51,745 nucleotides of DNA from Candidatus Planktophila sp. GTDB taxonomy: Bacteria > Actinomycetota > Actinomycetes > Nanopelagicales > Nanopelagicaceae. This document shows, piece after piece, positions 10,382-18,467 of this stretch. The notes below the pieces were generated by a model. That model searched no databases, was not told the origin of the DNA, and worked only from the letters and a program-made list of their open reading frames with translations. Position 1 is the first letter of the stretch; every line of letters begins with the position of its first letter. The stretch is from NCBI GenBank assembly GCA_044233685.1, contig JBIIJO010000001.1, positions 1-51,745 of the forward strand, in the 5' to 3' direction. The position numbers and the translations under genes are program-made.

Positions 10382-11312
10382 GAGTTCAACCCAAATTCAT
10401 ACAGACTGGGAAAGAAGAAGCTGTCCAATTTGCGATTCAATGGCAATATCAACGGCTCCTGAATCAAAAGCACGGATGCAAGCCGAACTGATGTCTTGGA
10501 GCGAAGTAAAGGACTTCTTTATTGGTCTGAGAAATGATCAGGTTTTCTTTTCCTACTACAGATGCCAAGAGTGTGAACTTTTGTACTGCCCTTGGTATTT
10601 CTCTAAGGATCAAATTGCACTTCTCTATGCTGCAATGCCGGATAACACAATGGGGGAAGACAAGTCGACTGTTTCTAGAACTCAATCGGCCTATGCAAAT
10701 TGGATTATGAGCCGCAAAGACACTTCAAACAAAAGGTATCTCGAGGTTGGTCCAGATATTGGTTTAGTCGCAAATCAGATTGTGAAGATCAATAAACCTG
10801 AATTTGTCTCATTTCTAGAACCCAATAGATCAGTGCGCGCAGAACTACTTGAAAGCGTGGCGTTAGTTGAGTCAAAAGAAGTTGTTGATTTTATTGACAA
10901 GCTAGTTACCAAGGATTTTTCTTTAGTCGTGGGCGTTCATGTTTATGACCACTTGCTGGATCCTGTCGGGGATCTAGCTAACTTGCGCACGAGAGTAGAA
11001 GTTGGTGCAAGCCTGTCCATCGTTGTTCATAACGAGAGTTCCTTGCTACGAAAGTTAATGGGACCTAAGTGGCCTCCATTTTGTCTCCAGCATCCTCAAC
11101 TTTTTAACCCAAAAACTCAAAAGAAACTTTTTGCAAAAAGTGGGTGGGAGCTCTTAGAAGTAAAGAAATCTACAAATTGGTATCACATGAAGTACTTTGT
11201 TTCTATGGTTGCCTCAATCTTAGGTCTCTCAACGTCAATATCTAAGGTCTTTCCTAATATTGAGTTCCCGATCAGGCTTGGCAACACAATCTCTATGGCT
11301 AAAGCCGTTTAG
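10371..11312 (+). CDS. class I SAM-dependent methyltransferase with N-terminal Zn-binding motif
   Basis: CPIC...CQEC, LEVGPDIG, HVYDHLLDP, HPQLFN; GTG at 10371 overlaps the gtrA stop. Confidence 0.75.
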   Translation: MSNKSSTQIHTDWERRSCPICDSMAISTAPESKARMQAELMSWSEVKDFFIGLRNDQVFFSYYRCQECELLYCPWYFSKDQIALLYAAMPDNTMGEDKSTVSRTQSAYANWIMSRKDTSNKRYLEVGPDIGLVANQIVKINKPEFVSFLEPNRSVRAELLESVALVESKEVVDFIDKLVTKDFSLVVGVHVYDHLLDPVGDLANLRTRVEVGASLSIVVHNESSLLRKLMGPKWPPFCLQHPQLFNPKTQKKLFAKSGWELLEVKKSTNWYHMKYFVSMVASILGLSTSISKVFPNIEFPIRLGNTISMAKAV

Positions 11313-11402
11313 TTCAGGGTACAAGCACGATTTTATCCAAAAGGTCAGCAACCAAGTCGCTAGATAGGTTAAGAATTAACAGATAGCGGATAACATATTT
11401 CC

Positions 11403-12761
11403 ATGGCTAAGAAGAAGCGAAAAGTTCAACCGCCACTTGTCTCCAAAGAAGCTCTAGTTAAGAATTGGAGCAATCCACATACAAAGAAGCTCTTCAAGCA
11501 AATTGGCATCTTCAGCATCGCTTCGCAAGTTCTTCTCTACTTGTTTAGCCAAATTGGAGCTGGCTACCAACTTTTTAGTTATATGTTTCTAGGTGCAGGG
11601 AGATTTGATGATCTCCGAAATGGAATTTTCGAACACAGATATTATTTCTCTCCTCAACTCCTAGACATACCTGGGTTTGCGTCAGTTGCATCACCTCCAA
11701 TGGTTTTTGTGTGGCAGATGTATGGGTATTTCGTAAAATCTGAATATGCACTCTGGGCTTCTTTGGTTTTCACCTATTTACTTTTGGTTTTCGCCATTTG
11801 GAAAGCAACAAGAAACGTATATGCCACCATTTTCTTTTCGACTGCGCATCCAGTAGTTTTTGCTTTTGTTCGGGGAAATCCGGATATGTGGGTATTGATT
11901 GCTACCTGTATAGCCGGAATTGCTCTCATAAGAGGCAAAAATTGGGTTGTAGCAGTGATGTTTGGATTAATGAGTGCGCTAAAATTCCCATTTTTACTTT
12001 TCGGACTTATCTTCATTATGCGGAGAGATTTTAAAAATCTAGCTTTGCAAGCTGTTGTTACAATTACGGCATTTCTCTTACCACTGATTACGAAGCCTTG
12101 GAGTATTCCTGATCAGATAAATGTTTTTAATGTCATAGTCGCAAGGTATTATCAAGGCTATGTAATTGGTGATGCGGGAATGTTGTTTAATGTGAGTTTG
12201 TTTGGGCTTGAAAAACCATTGATGTATTTACTGCAAGGCAATAGCTTGCTCACAGCTGACCAAGCTCGCGATGTGGCTATTGCAGCATTAACTGTTCAAA
12301 TTGTTTCAGTCATTCTACTTTCAGTTCTCTTGTTAGCTGTTCCTGTCTATCATCGTGTTAAAAACAGTAAAGCCTCAAATAATCAACTCAGTAATTCATC
12401 AGAGACAGATCTTTACTTAGTCTTCTTCTTATTCTTAGCGTTGCTTCAATGCCTTTTCCCTCAAATCGCAGCTGAGTATCGTTTAGCCCAACTCGTAGTA
12501 ATTGTTGCTCTGCTTTATTCTGTGAGATCTAAGTTTCTAGAAAATCGCCTAAATCTGATTCTCTTGACCTTAATCTTCTTGCCAAAACATTTTCTAGTGA
12601 TTAGCTTTCCAGCCGGAGTCGCCAACATTGTTACAATTTCAAGCTTGATTAGCCCAGTGCTGTTGATTATTTTGGCATTTCGTATTCAAAGCTATCTCTC
12701 TCATAATGGATTCTTTTCGCCAATTTTGAATCTGACCATGCCCTTAAAGAATCGGTCTTAG
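11403..12761 (+). CDS. GT-C fold membrane glycosyltransferase (GT87/DUF2029-like)
   Basis: Many TM helices; FDD, PP, RGNPD, ALKFPF and NVSL motifs resembling GT87. Confidence 0.65.
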   Translation: MAKKKRKVQPPLVSKEALVKNWSNPHTKKLFKQIGIFSIASQVLLYLFSQIGAGYQLFSYMFLGAGRFDDLRNGIFEHRYYFSPQLLDIPGFASVASPPMVFVWQMYGYFVKSEYALWASLVFTYLLLVFAIWKATRNVYATIFFSTAHPVVFAFVRGNPDMWVLIATCIAGIALIRGKNWVVAVMFGLMSALKFPFLLFGLIFIMRRDFKNLALQAVVTITAFLLPLITKPWSIPDQINVFNVIVARYYQGYVIGDAGMLFNVSLFGLEKPLMYLLQGNSLLTADQARDVAIAALTVQIVSVILLSVLLLAVPVYHRVKNSKASNNQLSNSSETDLYLVFFLFLALLQCLFPQIAAEYRLAQLVVIVALLYSVRSKFLENRLNLILLTLIFLPKHFLVISFPAGVANIVTISSLISPVLLIILAFRIQSYLSHNGFFSPILNLTMPLKNRS

Positions 12762-13080
12762 CCCTAAGGCCAAAAACCAGCTCGATTGTGGGGATGGAGG
12801 GAAATCTTTCAGGTGATCCACCCCCGCGGGCGTCGGGGCCTGGAATTGATGGGCTGGTGCGGTCCTTTGACTATGTTTTGCGCCTGTTTTTCGGCAACCC
12901 AAGCCACCAAGGGGCCCAAAACCCTCAATGCCGGCTTTAGGCTCGCCTATCCCATAGACTATGAGCCTGAGTCCGGCAGGGTTATTTTACGCTGCCATTC
13001 GGCGAAAGCCCTGCTTGTATGTCCCCAACTACGCTCAATCTCATGGCACCAGGCAAAGTCCTAAAAACTTTCCAAAAGGG

Positions 13081-13108
13081 CACAACATTTGCCCCCTAGC
13101 GGTGTCTT
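13081..13108 (+). promoter_or_regulatory. ECF-type promoter CACAAC-N16-TGTCTT upstream of the sigma gene
   Basis: AAC -35 and GTC -10 with ECF spacing; a hairpin at about 13116-13139 would sit at the 5' end of the transcript. Confidence 0.55.
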
Positions 13109-13164
13109 AACTAATAGAGGGCAAGACGTTGCTCATCTAGTACAAACTCGCGGGAGTTATTTAA

Positions 13165-14592
13165 ATGGCACTATTAAAGTCAAAGGCAGCGAAAGCAGCT
13201 GCGATGACTGATGCCACCCGCATTCTTGAAGCTGCCCCCGCATCAGCTCAAGGCTCTGCTGCAGACTGGTCTATCTCTCAGCTCTCAGCGCTCTACACAG
13301 AACACCGCACACAGCTAGTTTCACAGGCTCGCCGCATCACCCGCGATGAGGCAGAGGCCAATGAAGTAGTTCAGGAAGCATTCTTGAAGTTCATGCTTGC
13401 TGCCCCAGAGCTAGATTCGCCAGATCGTGCGATTGCATACCTTCGCACTTCTGTTACAAACCTATCTCTCAACGTCATTCGCGCTCGCGGAGCACGTCCT
13501 AACTTGGTTGCAATCGATGCTGACACAACCCAGGAGCGTCTGAACGAGATTGCATCAGAGAATCACATCGATCTCGATACCTCTATAACGGCTGCAGAAG
13601 ATGCCGCGATTATTCGCGAAGCTCTTTCTCGCCTCACATCAGATCAGCGCACAGCGCTAGTGATGTGGGAAATGGAAGGTCGCACAACAGAGGAAATCGC
13701 AACTGCGCTTAACACAAGCCCAGCAAACGTTCGCCACATCTTGGTCCGCGCTCGCAAGTCAATGGTCCGCGTTCTTGAAGAGTGGGTCGTTGATGATGCA
13801 ACTGGCCTAACTGCACTTAACGCACTTTCAACTACTTATAAGAAGGCATCTCAGATTGCCCAGAAGTCATCTAAGGCTGCTCTTTCTCTTCTTCTAGTTA
13901 TCACAGCATTCCTTGGCTTTAACTCAATGACTGGAAATGAAGGAAGCGTTGTTTCAACAATTCCTTCAATGTCATCTGTTGCAGGTCAGGCACCAGCAAC
14001 TGCGGCTAGCCAGTCACCATCAGCCACAGCCACCGCTGTTGCTAAGGCTGCAGCAACAGCTGCTGCCAAGAAAGCACAAATTGCAGGGCTCAACGCAAAG
14101 ATTGCAGCACTTACATTTTTTGGCCTTAATAAGGATGGAGTCCCTACTGGATTCTCTGTTACTGACGCTAACAATGTTGCCGGTGCTGGACGCGTGACTA
14201 AGGGCATTACAACTGTTGGAGCTAATGGAATCGTTGTGAACAACCAGTTCATCACAAGCGCTGTTGGTCCAAACGTTCTTATTGATCAACTCGTAACAGT
14301 TGATGGCACGGGAACTCGTTATTCAGTCACTGGCATCAACATTGGTTGGGTTGGTAACTGGAACTCTGTTGAAGTTAAATCAACAGATTCTTCTATTGAG
14401 CGCCTTGCCAATGGACAATACTTAATTACAGCCACCTCCAACCTTGGCTATTTAAATGAAGCAGATTTCGTAATCCCAACTGGAGGCCGCGGCTATGACC
14501 TAGCCGATGCACCTAAGTCGATTACAACACGCATTCTTATGAATGCAGGCAAAACACAGGTACTAGCGCAAGCAGTGCAGGTGAACAACTAA
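13165..14592 (+). CDS. ECF sigma factor fused to a TM helix and extracytoplasmic domain
   Basis: Sigma2 (EANEVVQEAFLK...YLRTSVTN), sigma4 (LTSDQRTALVMWEMEGRTTEEIA...VRHILVRAR), TM AALSLLLVITAFLGF, S/A/T linker, then a beta-rich domain. Confidence 0.85.
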   Translation: MALLKSKAAKAAAMTDATRILEAAPASAQGSAADWSISQLSALYTEHRTQLVSQARRITRDEAEANEVVQEAFLKFMLAAPELDSPDRAIAYLRTSVTNLSLNVIRARGARPNLVAIDADTTQERLNEIASENHIDLDTSITAAEDAAIIREALSRLTSDQRTALVMWEMEGRTTEEIATALNTSPANVRHILVRARKSMVRVLEEWVVDDATGLTALNALSTTYKKASQIAQKSSKAALSLLLVITAFLGFNSMTGNEGSVVSTIPSMSSVAGQAPATAASQSPSATATAVAKAAATAAAKKAQIAGLNAKIAALTFFGLNKDGVPTGFSVTDANNVAGAGRVTKGITTVGANGIVVNNQFITSAVGPNVLIDQLVTVDGTGTRYSVTGINIGWVGNWNSVEVKSTDSSIERLANGQYLITATSNLGYLNEADFVIPTGGRGYDLADAPKSITTRILMNAGKTQVLAQAVQVNN

Positions 14593-14610
14593 AAATAGGT
14601 TTCCTCGTCG
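14584..14610 (+). promoter_or_regulatory. ECF-type promoter AACAAC-N16-CGTCG upstream of the major surface protein
   Basis: Same core and spacing as the motif at 13081. Confidence 0.5.
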
Positions 14611-14732
14611 CGTCCGGATACACGATGGGGAATTTGGTGAATCAGCACGTGCGATTCATCGAGACGAGTTAAGAAATTAACTCAAAGCCAAGTTCAGGAA
14701 ATTCCTGATCTTGACTAATCGAAAGGAAACAA

Positions 14733-16556
14733 ATGTCTACAAAGACAACTTTCAAGCGCATCGCGCTTGTTACGGTTGCCGCTATGGGCTTTGGTCTGCT
14801 CTCAGTAGCGCCTTCAACGGCAACTACTCAGCAAGACACATTGACTGTTTCATCAGCGACAACAACAATTGCAGCAGGATCTACTTCTGCTTCGATTACT
14901 TTGACCCAGGGATTCCTTGGAGTTGGCGGAGACACAATGTCTGTGACTGCGTCACTAACATCAGCGCCAGCTACTAACGTAGCTATGCCTGTTATTACCA
15001 CAACTCAGGCCTACACAGGAACCGTGAATATCTCAGCAGATAATTTATCAGGATACTTGACTGATACAGGTTCAGTTTCTGTATACAGCTTGGCGTCTGC
15101 TGCATTTAAAGTCACATTCTCACCTACTGTTCCAGGAACTTATGTTATGACATTTACTCCAAAGAACGTAAGTGCCACAACTGTTAATGGAAGTGGCGTG
15201 GTCACTGCAGCTACAACAACTACAGTTGCACCTATTGCTGCAGCAGTTACATGGACAGTAACAGTTCCTTCAGGAACAGTTGGAGATACAACTTCAACTA
15301 TTGTTACTCGTGCAGCCGGTGTTTCAACTGGTTCAGCGGCGACAATTTCTGTAGCGTCAGGTAGTTCAACTGCTCAAGCTGCAACAATTGAAGTAACTCC
15401 ACTTATCGCATCAGTTGCAACTACTGGTTCAACAATAATCACTGCAACTGTTACAGGTGCAGGTACTGTTGGAGCTGGTACATCAGCAACTCAGGCATCA
15501 ACTGGCCTGAAGACAGCAACTTATAATGGAACGGCTGCTGGCCTTGGTTATGTAACTCTTTGGGCCGATGGCACTTCCGGTTCATCATCTGTTGCAATTA
15601 CCGTTAACGGAACTGCAGTTGGAACAGCTACAGCAACATTTACTGGCGCTGTCGCAACAGTTACAGCAACACTGGCTAAGCCAGTTATTGCTGCTGGTTC
15701 AACTGCTACAGCAGGAGTAATCACTATAGTTGCTAAGGATGCAAACGGAAACGGAGTATCTGGATCAACGTTTTATGCAGTTTCATCAGGTTCTTCAATC
15801 GTTAGCACATCTGTTACAACTGGCTCAGCTGGTGCGGCTTCAATTAGCCTCGTCGGTAAGGTAGCTGGAACTAACACTGTAACTATTCAGAACGTTGCAG
15901 CTGGATCAACTGCTACTATTTCAGCAGCAGCACCTCTTTCAGTGCGCGTTGGTTCAAATGTTGAATCTTCAGTAACAATGACACTGGACAAGGCAACATA
16001 TGCTCCAGGTGATCAAGCTACTATCACTGTAACTATCAAGGATGCAGATGGAAACGCTGTTGTTGATGGTACATACGCTGCATTCGCAGCAGATGTAACA
16101 AGTACTCGCGCAATGTCTGCTGGTACTTTGCCTACAGCGTCAATCGCTGTTGGATCAACAGTAGGTGTAAAGACCTACCTAGTTAACGTTCCTAACTCAG
16201 AAGGTGCTTTCACAATCTCAGCACTTCCTGGAGCAGGAATGCTAGGAGCAGGTTCTGCAGTTGCAATCTCAGCAACAGCAACTGTTACACCTTCAGCAGC
16301 AAGCGTTACAGCAAATGAAGTAGCGCAAGCAGCAGCAGATGCAGCAGCAGAAGCAACTGATGCAGCTAATGCAGCAACTGATGCAGCTAATGCAGCAGCA
16401 GAAGCAGCAGATGCAGCAACAGCAGCAGCACAAGATGCCGCTGATGCAGTTGCAGCTTTGAGCACTCAGGTGTCATCGCTTATCGCGGGTCTAAAGGCCC
16501 AATTGACGGCGTTAACAAACCTAGTAATCAAGATCCAGAGGAAGGTAAAGGCTTAA
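14733..16556 (+). CDS. putative S-layer / major surface protein with Ig-like beta domains and C-terminal coiled coil
   Basis: Signal peptide, very Thr/Ala/Ser/Val-rich, no Cys, Big-like motif VTIKDADGNAV, Ala-rich heptad tail, strong SD GAAAGGA, biased codons. Confidence 0.65.
   Translation: MSTKTTFKRIALVTVAAMGFGLLSVAPSTATTQQDTLTVSSATTTIAAGSTSASITLTQGFLGVGGDTMSVTASLTSAPATNVAMPVITTTQAYTGTVNISADNLSGYLTDTGSVSVYSLASAAFKVTFSPTVPGTYVMTFTPKNVSATTVNGSGVVTAATTTTVAPIAAAVTWTVTVPSGTVGDTTSTIVTRAAGVSTGSAATISVASGSSTAQAATIEVTPLIASVATTGSTIITATVTGAGTVGAGTSATQASTGLKTATYNGTAAGLGYVTLWADGTSGSSSVAITVNGTAVGTATATFTGAVATVTATLAKPVIAAGSTATAGVITIVAKDANGNGVSGSTFYAVSSGSSIVSTSVTTGSAGAASISLVGKVAGTNTVTIQNVAAGSTATISAAAPLSVRVGSNVESSVTMTLDKATYAPGDQATITVTIKDADGNAVVDGTYAAFAADVTSTRAMSAGTLPTASIAVGSTVGVKTYLVNVPNSEGAFTISALPGAGMLGAGSAVAISATATVTPSAASVTANEVAQAAADAAAEATDAANAATDAANAAAEAADAATAAAQDAADAVAALSTQVSSLIAGLKAQLTALTNLVIKIQRKVKA
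16353..16394 (+). repeat. exact 21-bp tandem repeat x2 (ATDAANA heptad) within a GCA-rich tract
   Basis: GCAACTGATGCAGCTAATGCA repeated twice. Confidence 0.9.
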
Positions 16557-16588
16557 ATAGCCCCCTTTGATCTGATAAAGATCTAGAA

Positions 16589-16628
16589 CCGAAACCCGGT
16601 TCCCTCTTCGGAGGGGGCCGGGTTTCGG
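16589..16628 (+). terminator. strong hairpin terminator after the surface protein gene
   Basis: CCGAAACCCGGTTCCCTC-TTCG-GAGGGGGCCGGGTTTCGG, 18-bp stem including G-U pairs, cUUCGg loop. Confidence 0.85.
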
Positions 16629-16662
16629 CCTTTCTAGGGTTAAGTTAAGTAGGCTTGCGGCT

Positions 16663-18354
16663 ATGTTGGAACCAAGAAGCAAGCAAATATTAGGCACCCT
16701 CATATTGGTTGCGGTAACTGCGATCACATTAGTTGTTGCGCCGTATACATTGCTTGACCCGATGGCTTTACCTAAATTAACAGTATTGGCATTTCTTGCA
16801 ACAGTTGCACTTTCCCTTATCGCACCTGCACTAAAGAATTTGTTTAAATCAAGTTACAAAACGCTTGCCATTCTTACTTCCTTATTTCTTTTTCAGATAT
16901 TTCTTGTTATGTTGTTTTCTGGTGCAAACATCACCGCACAGTTTCTTGGGACATACCAACGTCAAACTGGCGCACTTACTTATATCTGCCTAGCACTCCT
17001 CATGGTTGCAACATCATTTGTTTCTGATAGTGCATTTCTAAAGAGATTTATTCGTATTACTTTAATAGTTGGCGTAATCCAAATTATCTACGGGAATTTG
17101 CAATATTTTGGGCTTGAACCCTTCCCATATGTTAATGCCTACACAGTAAATGCTCCGATTGGAACTTTTGGTAACCCAAACTTTCAATCTGCATTTATGG
17201 GCATGATTGGTGTTGTTTCTTTCACAATGCTGTTGAACAAGGCCTATAAGAACTTAATCAGAGCCGGGCTAGTTCTTGCCGGAGTTGCCTCTTTATTTGT
17301 TGTCTATGAAACCCTCTCCAAGCAAGGATTCTTGAACTTCATTGCCGGATTAGGCGCAGTAATAATTCTCTGGCTGTTTATGACAAAACGGAAGTCCTTG
17401 GGGCTCATAGCTTCTGGTATTGGTGTTATAGGAGCTGTGCTTACTTTTCTAGGCTTAATTAACGCTGGTCCATTAGCAAGTGTTCTCTATAAGGGCTCAC
17501 TTGAAGCGCGAGGCTACTACTGGCGTGCTGGGATAAAAATGCTAACTGATCACCCATTTTTTGGAGTTGGAATGGATGGATTTGGAAATTGGTATGCACG
17601 CGCTCGTCCTGAGGATTACGCTGCTAAAGGTTTCTTTTCGTGGTCAAACTCTGCCCACAATGTTTTCTTGGATATCGGGAGTAGTGGCGGTTTCATATTG
17701 TTGGCTATCTACCTCGCTATCTTTGTGCTAGTTGTTGTTTCAATCATTAGAGTTATCAAGCGAAGTGCTGGATTTGATGTCTACTTTGTAGCTTTGGTTG
17801 GTGCGTGGGTTGCCTATCAAGCTCAGGCCTTTATTAGTGTGAATCAAATTGGATTAGCAATTTGGGCATGGGTTTTATCAGGTTTGATTATTGGCTATGA
17901 GATAAACACGAGAGTGAAAGAAATAGAGCAATCGGTGCCAGTAAAGGCTAAGCAACACTCTAAAAGTGTGAAGAATCAAGCACAGTCTCTATCTTCAGGT
18001 GTTGTAGTTTCTTTGTTTGTCGGTGTTTTAGTGGGAGCGGTTGTAGCTGGCCCAATCTATTTTTCTAACTCTCGCTTCTATGCAGCGATAAAAGCAAATG
18101 ACTTTGCAGGTGTTGAATCGGCAGCTTATCTAAAGCCGCAAGATGAGATGAGATTATTTATGTTGGCAGGCATTTATCGCAATGCCGAAATGGATGCCAA
18201 AGCAATAGAGGTCTTAAGAGAATCAACAGTCACTTATCCAGATTCATATAACATGTGGAATATGTGGGCCTCGATTCCCACCGCTACACCAAGTGATATC
18301 GCCCATGCGAAGGCTCAATTGAAGCGTTTAGATCCATTTAATCCAGATCTCTAG
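16663..18354 (+). CDS. O-antigen ligase family protein (probable oligosaccharyltransferase)
   Basis: GTFGNPN, R..YW......DHPFFGVGMDGF, SAHNVFLD Wzy_C motifs; helical C-terminal domain. Confidence 0.88.
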   Translation: MLEPRSKQILGTLILVAVTAITLVVAPYTLLDPMALPKLTVLAFLATVALSLIAPALKNLFKSSYKTLAILTSLFLFQIFLVMLFSGANITAQFLGTYQRQTGALTYICLALLMVATSFVSDSAFLKRFIRITLIVGVIQIIYGNLQYFGLEPFPYVNAYTVNAPIGTFGNPNFQSAFMGMIGVVSFTMLLNKAYKNLIRAGLVLAGVASLFVVYETLSKQGFLNFIAGLGAVIILWLFMTKRKSLGLIASGIGVIGAVLTFLGLINAGPLASVLYKGSLEARGYYWRAGIKMLTDHPFFGVGMDGFGNWYARARPEDYAAKGFFSWSNSAHNVFLDIGSSGGFILLAIYLAIFVLVVVSIIRVIKRSAGFDVYFVALVGAWVAYQAQAFISVNQIGLAIWAWVLSGLIIGYEINTRVKEIEQSVPVKAKQHSKSVKNQAQSLSSGVVVSLFVGVLVGAVVAGPIYFSNSRFYAAIKANDFAGVESAAYLKPQDEMRLFMLAGIYRNAEMDAKAIEVLRESTVTYPDSYNMWNMWASIPTATPSDIAHAKAQLKRLDPFNPDL

Positions 18355-18467
18355 GAAGTTTGGCTCAAAACATAAAACGTGAGCAAGAATTAACCTGAGA
18401 ATGCGGGTTTGCCTGTATTGGGTTCGGTAATCTTTGCACTTAGGTAATCCCTTTATTGGAGGCTGGA

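Noticed and set aside
12786-13064. 92-aa ORF in the intergenic gap
   Set aside because: TTG start without SD or -10, atypical composition, and overlaps a strong RNA hairpin
18388-18449. Long imperfect intergenic hairpin
   Set aside because: Many bulges and G-U pairs; cannot be distinguished from chance or a weak terminator by eye
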